Of a stretch of 38,849 bases of DNA, positions 37,089-38,849 are shown piece by piece (within the stretch, counting starts at the first letter, position 1; each line of letters begins with the position of its first letter). Both the position numbers and the translations under genes were made by a program. The notes below the pieces were generated by a model. It did not search any database and had not been told where the DNA came from. It was given only the letters and a program-made list of their open reading frames with translations. The DNA comes from a candidate division WOR-3 bacterium (GTDB lineage Bacteria; Hydrothermota; Hydrothermia; B15-G9; WFZT01). Location: the NCBI GenBank assembly GCA_026991055.1, contig JALXCE010000308.1:1-38849 (forward strand), written 5' to 3'.

Positions 37089-38306
37089 ATGAAGAAACTG
37101 TTTATCCTTTTATTTGTCACGGGCCTGCTCTCGGCCCAGTTTGCACCTGATACGACCAACTCAGTTGGTGGCGGGCTTGGTATGGCCGTAATTGATGGCA
37201 ACCCTTATTTCACCTTAAATCTTGCAACCGAATTACATTTTGGAAAGTTTGGACTTGGCCTGAATATACCGCTGCTCTACAGCCCAAAAGAAGGGATTAG
37301 AAAAGAGGATTGGAACTCTAAAAGAGATTACGCAAGGATAATCTCTTATGTGAGATACGGTTACAAAGGTGATCCGTTCTACATAAGAATCGGCGCGCTT
37401 TCCCATACGACACTCGGACACGGTTTTCTTGTTTACAACTACAATAACCGGATACGCGAAGACGAGGTGAAAGTGGGGGCTGAACTCTACGTTGACAGGG
37501 GATTCTTTGGATTCGAGGGATTTAACAGTGACTTCGGTAGACTTGGATTGATGGGAATAAGGGGATTCGTGCGGCCATTTCATAACATCCCTATAGCGGG
37601 CAGGTTGCAGCTCGGCGGAAGCTTTGTCCGGGACTTTGATCCAGACGAGAGAGAAGCTACACACGACGGTGTTTCAGCTTTTGGGCTTGATGCTGGTTTC
37701 CCAATATTCCAGTACTCTCTTTTAAGTTCCACGGTTTACGCTGACTATGGCACCATAGTTAAGCACGGACACGGATTTGCAGAGGGTATTGTCTTCAGTC
37801 TAAACGGTATTGGAATCTTTGACCTTGGAGTAAAACTTGAGGAAAGGCAACTATCCCCACACTTCACGCCTGCATATTTCAACTCGATGTATGAAGTTGA
37901 TAAACCATACAAAGAATCGGAGCTTGACAGCATCACTCAAAAGGTTGATGGCACATTTGGTGAACTCTACGGTGAAGCCCTGGGGAAGCTTAAGGTCTCT
38001 GGAAATTACTTCCACAAGAAAAATGTTAAAAACAGTGGGGTTCTAAATCTTCTTGCCACCACTGGTGATATGTTCCCTGTCTTCACCCTGAACTGGCGTT
38101 ATTACAAAGACCAGATTGAGACCATGAAGGATGTCTTTACCATCAATGACCGGTCCATTCTTTTCACGGAGATAGGCTACAGGTTGAACCCATACATGAC
38201 TGTTTTCACGGTAATTAAAAGAACTTACCGTTATGATAAAGAGACGGGTAAATATAAGCCCACAGACCGCTACGGTGTCAGGGTAGAATTTAACTGGCAT
38301 TTTTAA
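37089..38306 (+). CDS. Uncharacterised outer-membrane beta-barrel protein
   Basis: An AAGGAGG SD lies 6 nt before ATG 37089. The signal peptide is MKKLFILLFVTGLLSA|QF. Alternating aromatic and Gly-rich strands follow, and the C-terminus (VRVEFNWHF) ends in Phe. I recognise no family. Confidence 0.6.
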   Translation: MKKLFILLFVTGLLSAQFAPDTTNSVGGGLGMAVIDGNPYFTLNLATELHFGKFGLGLNIPLLYSPKEGIRKEDWNSKRDYARIISYVRYGYKGDPFYIRIGALSHTTLGHGFLVYNYNNRIREDEVKVGAELYVDRGFFGFEGFNSDFGRLGLMGIRGFVRPFHNIPIAGRLQLGGSFVRDFDPDEREATHDGVSAFGLDAGFPIFQYSLLSSTVYADYGTIVKHGHGFAEGIVFSLNGIGIFDLGVKLEERQLSPHFTPAYFNSMYEVDKPYKESELDSITQKVDGTFGELYGEALGKLKVSGNYFHKKNVKNSGVLNLLATTGDMFPVFTLNWRYYKDQIETMKDVFTINDRSILFTEIGYRLNPYMTVFTVIKRTYRYDKETGKYKPTDRYGVRVEFNWHF

Positions 38307-38317
38307 GGTTTAAGGGG

Positions 38318-38340
38318 GGGCGTGCACTTCGTGCACGCCC
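38318..38340 (+). terminator. Perfect 10-bp GC-rich hairpin after the outer-membrane protein gene
   Basis: The hairpin is GGGCGTGCAC-TTC-GTGCACGCCC and begins 12 nt after the stop. No clean U-tract follows (TCTAAGTC), so the intrinsic-terminator call is tentative. Confidence 0.5.
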
Positions 38341-38350
38341 TCTAAGTCGG

Positions 38351-38420
38351 CCCCTGGTTGAGAGCTTGTTCGAAAACTCTGAATTAATCTATGTGTTAAG
38401 TCTTGTTGATAGATTCACGT
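38351..38420. repeat. Copy 1 of a diverged ~70-nt direct repeat
   Basis: The sequence is CCCCTGGTTGAGAGCTTGTTCGAAAACTCTGAATT...CTTGTTGATAGATTCACG. It aligns with 38626-38690. The core TTGTTCG(G)AAAA(C/T)TCTGAATT is near-identical in both copies. Confidence 0.7.
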
Positions 38421-38466
38421 AAAAAATTTTTCCTCCCCCCGCATAAATTTGTTTGCGGGGGGAGGA
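38421..38466 (-). terminator. Intrinsic-terminator-like hairpin oriented for the minus strand
   Basis: The perfect 12-bp stem is TCCTCCCCCCGC / GCGGGGGGAGGA (38431-38442 and 38455-38466) with a 12-nt loop. On the minus strand it is followed by AAAATTTTTT. Confidence 0.6.
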
Positions 38467-38625
38467 TGAAAGGAGAGGGGGCACATCTGCGAGGAAAGGT
38501 TGTGATGAGGGTTACATCTTGATTTTTCAAATTTTTGAGCTGAGACTCTACCTATATCCTTCCAAATTCAAGGTAAAGAAGATACTGACATGTAACACCA
38601 ATCCTGGAATTTTTTAAACAGGATT

Positions 38626-38690
38626 CCCCTGTCGCGAGGTTGTTCGGAAAATTCTGAATTTTAGTTGCTACCTTGTTCATCGAATATTCG
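38626..38690. repeat. Copy 2 of the diverged ~70-nt direct repeat
   Basis: The sequence is CCCCTGTCGCGAGGTTGTTCGGAAAATTCTGAATT...CTTGTTCATCGAATATTCG. It lies about 275 nt to the right of copy 1, in the same orientation. Confidence 0.7.
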
Positions 38691-38698
38691 TAGCCTCA

Positions 38699-38728
38699 AT
38701 GATAGTCACAGACGAGACAATATGTCAA
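38699..38728 (-). promoter_or_regulatory. Sigma-70-like promoter on the minus strand (TTGACA-N18-TATCAT)
   Basis: The reverse complement of 38723-38728 is TTGACA, and of 38699-38704 is TATCAT. The spacer is 18 nt. The promoter points leftward into repeat copy 2. Confidence 0.45.
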
Positions 38729-38752
38729 GTCCTGAAATATGTTGACACTTAA

Positions 38753-38785
38753 AGGGGGAACTATCATCAGCATGATCTACCCCCT
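38753..38785 (-). terminator. Two-tier hairpin enclosing the stop codons of the right-edge gene
   Basis: On the minus strand the sequence is AGGGGG-tag-ATCAT-gctg-ATGAT-agtt-CCCCCT followed by TTAAG. It contains the in-frame stops TGA TGA TAG. Confidence 0.35.
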
Positions 38786-38849
38786 GTCTTCACCTCAAAT
38801 CCCTCTATCTCTACTTCTCCACTATAAACCTCGCTCGGCGTCGCATACC
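38767..38849 (-). CDS. 3' end of an unidentified CDS entering from the right edge (...YATPSEVYSGEVEIEGFEVKTGGRSC*)
   Basis: This is the only minus-strand frame open from the window edge. Its composition matches the rest of the proteome, and it ends in three consecutive stops inside a hairpin. It is too short to identify. Confidence 0.35.
   Translation of the reverse strand, partial: YATPSEVYSGEVEIEGFEVKTGGRSC

Noticed and set aside
38355-38369. TGGTTGAGAGCTTGT has the correct sigma-54 spacing (GG-N10-G).
   Set aside because: The -12 element reads TTGT rather than TTGC, and the -24 element lacks GCAC. The paralogous repeat copy (38630-38644) has no GG at all, so the resemblance is not conserved.
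38366-38385. GTTCGAAA within the repeat core looks like a tRNA T-loop, which raised the possibility of a tRNA or tmRNA gene.
   Set aside because: There is no flanking 5-bp T-stem, acceptor stem, anticodon arm or CCA-compatible end on either strand. There is also no tmRNA tag-reading-frame pattern.
38491-38499. GAGGAAAGG resembles the RNase P RNA conserved GAGGAAAGUCC block.
   Set aside because: The match stops after GAGGAAAG. None of the other conserved RNase P regions (for example ACAGAA...GGCUUA) is present on either strand within the 460-nt region.
38351-38690. A possible CRISPR array or its leader.
   Set aside because: There are only two imperfect repeats, about 275 nt apart, which does not fit 25-40-nt repeats with 30-40-nt spacers. 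No cas genes are in the window.
38739-38849. A plus-strand frame open from ATG 38739 to the window edge (MLTLKGGTIISMIYPLSS...), and a mini-ORF at 38466-38522 (MKGEGAHLRGKVVMRVTS).
   Set aside because: The first has no SD and an odd composition, and it overlaps the better-supported minus-strand C-terminal fragment and its hairpin. The second has its ATG abutting the GGAGGA that forms the terminator stem.
1-38849. Mobile elements, integrases, toxin-antitoxin pairs, restriction-modification systems and other classical defence genes.
   Set aside because: No ORF shows transposase (DDE), recombinase, nuclease-methylase or small paired-gene signatures. Apart from the STAND kinase noted above, the window is housekeeping or cell-envelope metabolism.

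Overview
This is a compact bacterial chromosomal segment with almost no intergenic space. Gene calls rest on motifs read by eye from the supplied translations; no database search was possible.

Minus strand, 1-19.2 kb:
- The 5' tip of an unidentified gene (1-32).
- The conserved rpsP / KH-protein / rimM / trmD / rplS ribosome-maturation operon, preceded by rpe and an HD-domain hydrolase.
- A complete, gapless 15-gene division and cell-wall (dcw) cluster: mraZ-rsmH-ftsL-ftsI-murE-murF-mraY-murD-ftsW-murG-murC-murB-(mini ftsQ)-ftsA-ftsZ. There is no ddl.

Plus strand, 19.3-38.3 kb:
- An EndoIII-related protein, a frameshifted cinA and adenine deaminase.
- A three-gene unit: an AmiC-like amidase, a 1153-aa Ser/Thr kinase fused to a STAND ATPase and TPR repeats, and a GAF-domain sigma-54 activator.
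- An archaeal-type nicotinate phosphoribosyltransferase.
- A dTDP-rhamnose block (two sugar-1-P nucleotidyltransferases, rfbC, rfbB, rfbD, a GT2 transferase), then glgA and an orphan outer-membrane beta-barrel protein.

The proteins are K/E/I-rich and most genes carry strong AGGAGG-type Shine-Dalgarno (SD) sites. Together with the outer-membrane protein ending in Phe and the AMIN-amidase, this suggests a thermophile-like diderm bacterium; the taxon is not determinable here. No rRNA, tRNA, CRISPR array, transposase or integrase was seen.

Two places stand out:
1. The amidase / non-RD kinase-STAND-TPR / GAF sigma-54 activator module (23.0-29.4 kb).
2. The roughly 460-nt ORF-poor region at the right end (38307-38766). 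It holds two diverged ~70-nt direct repeats, GC-rich hairpins, and a promoter-to-terminator unit on the minus strand that could encode a small RNA or a 42-aa peptide.
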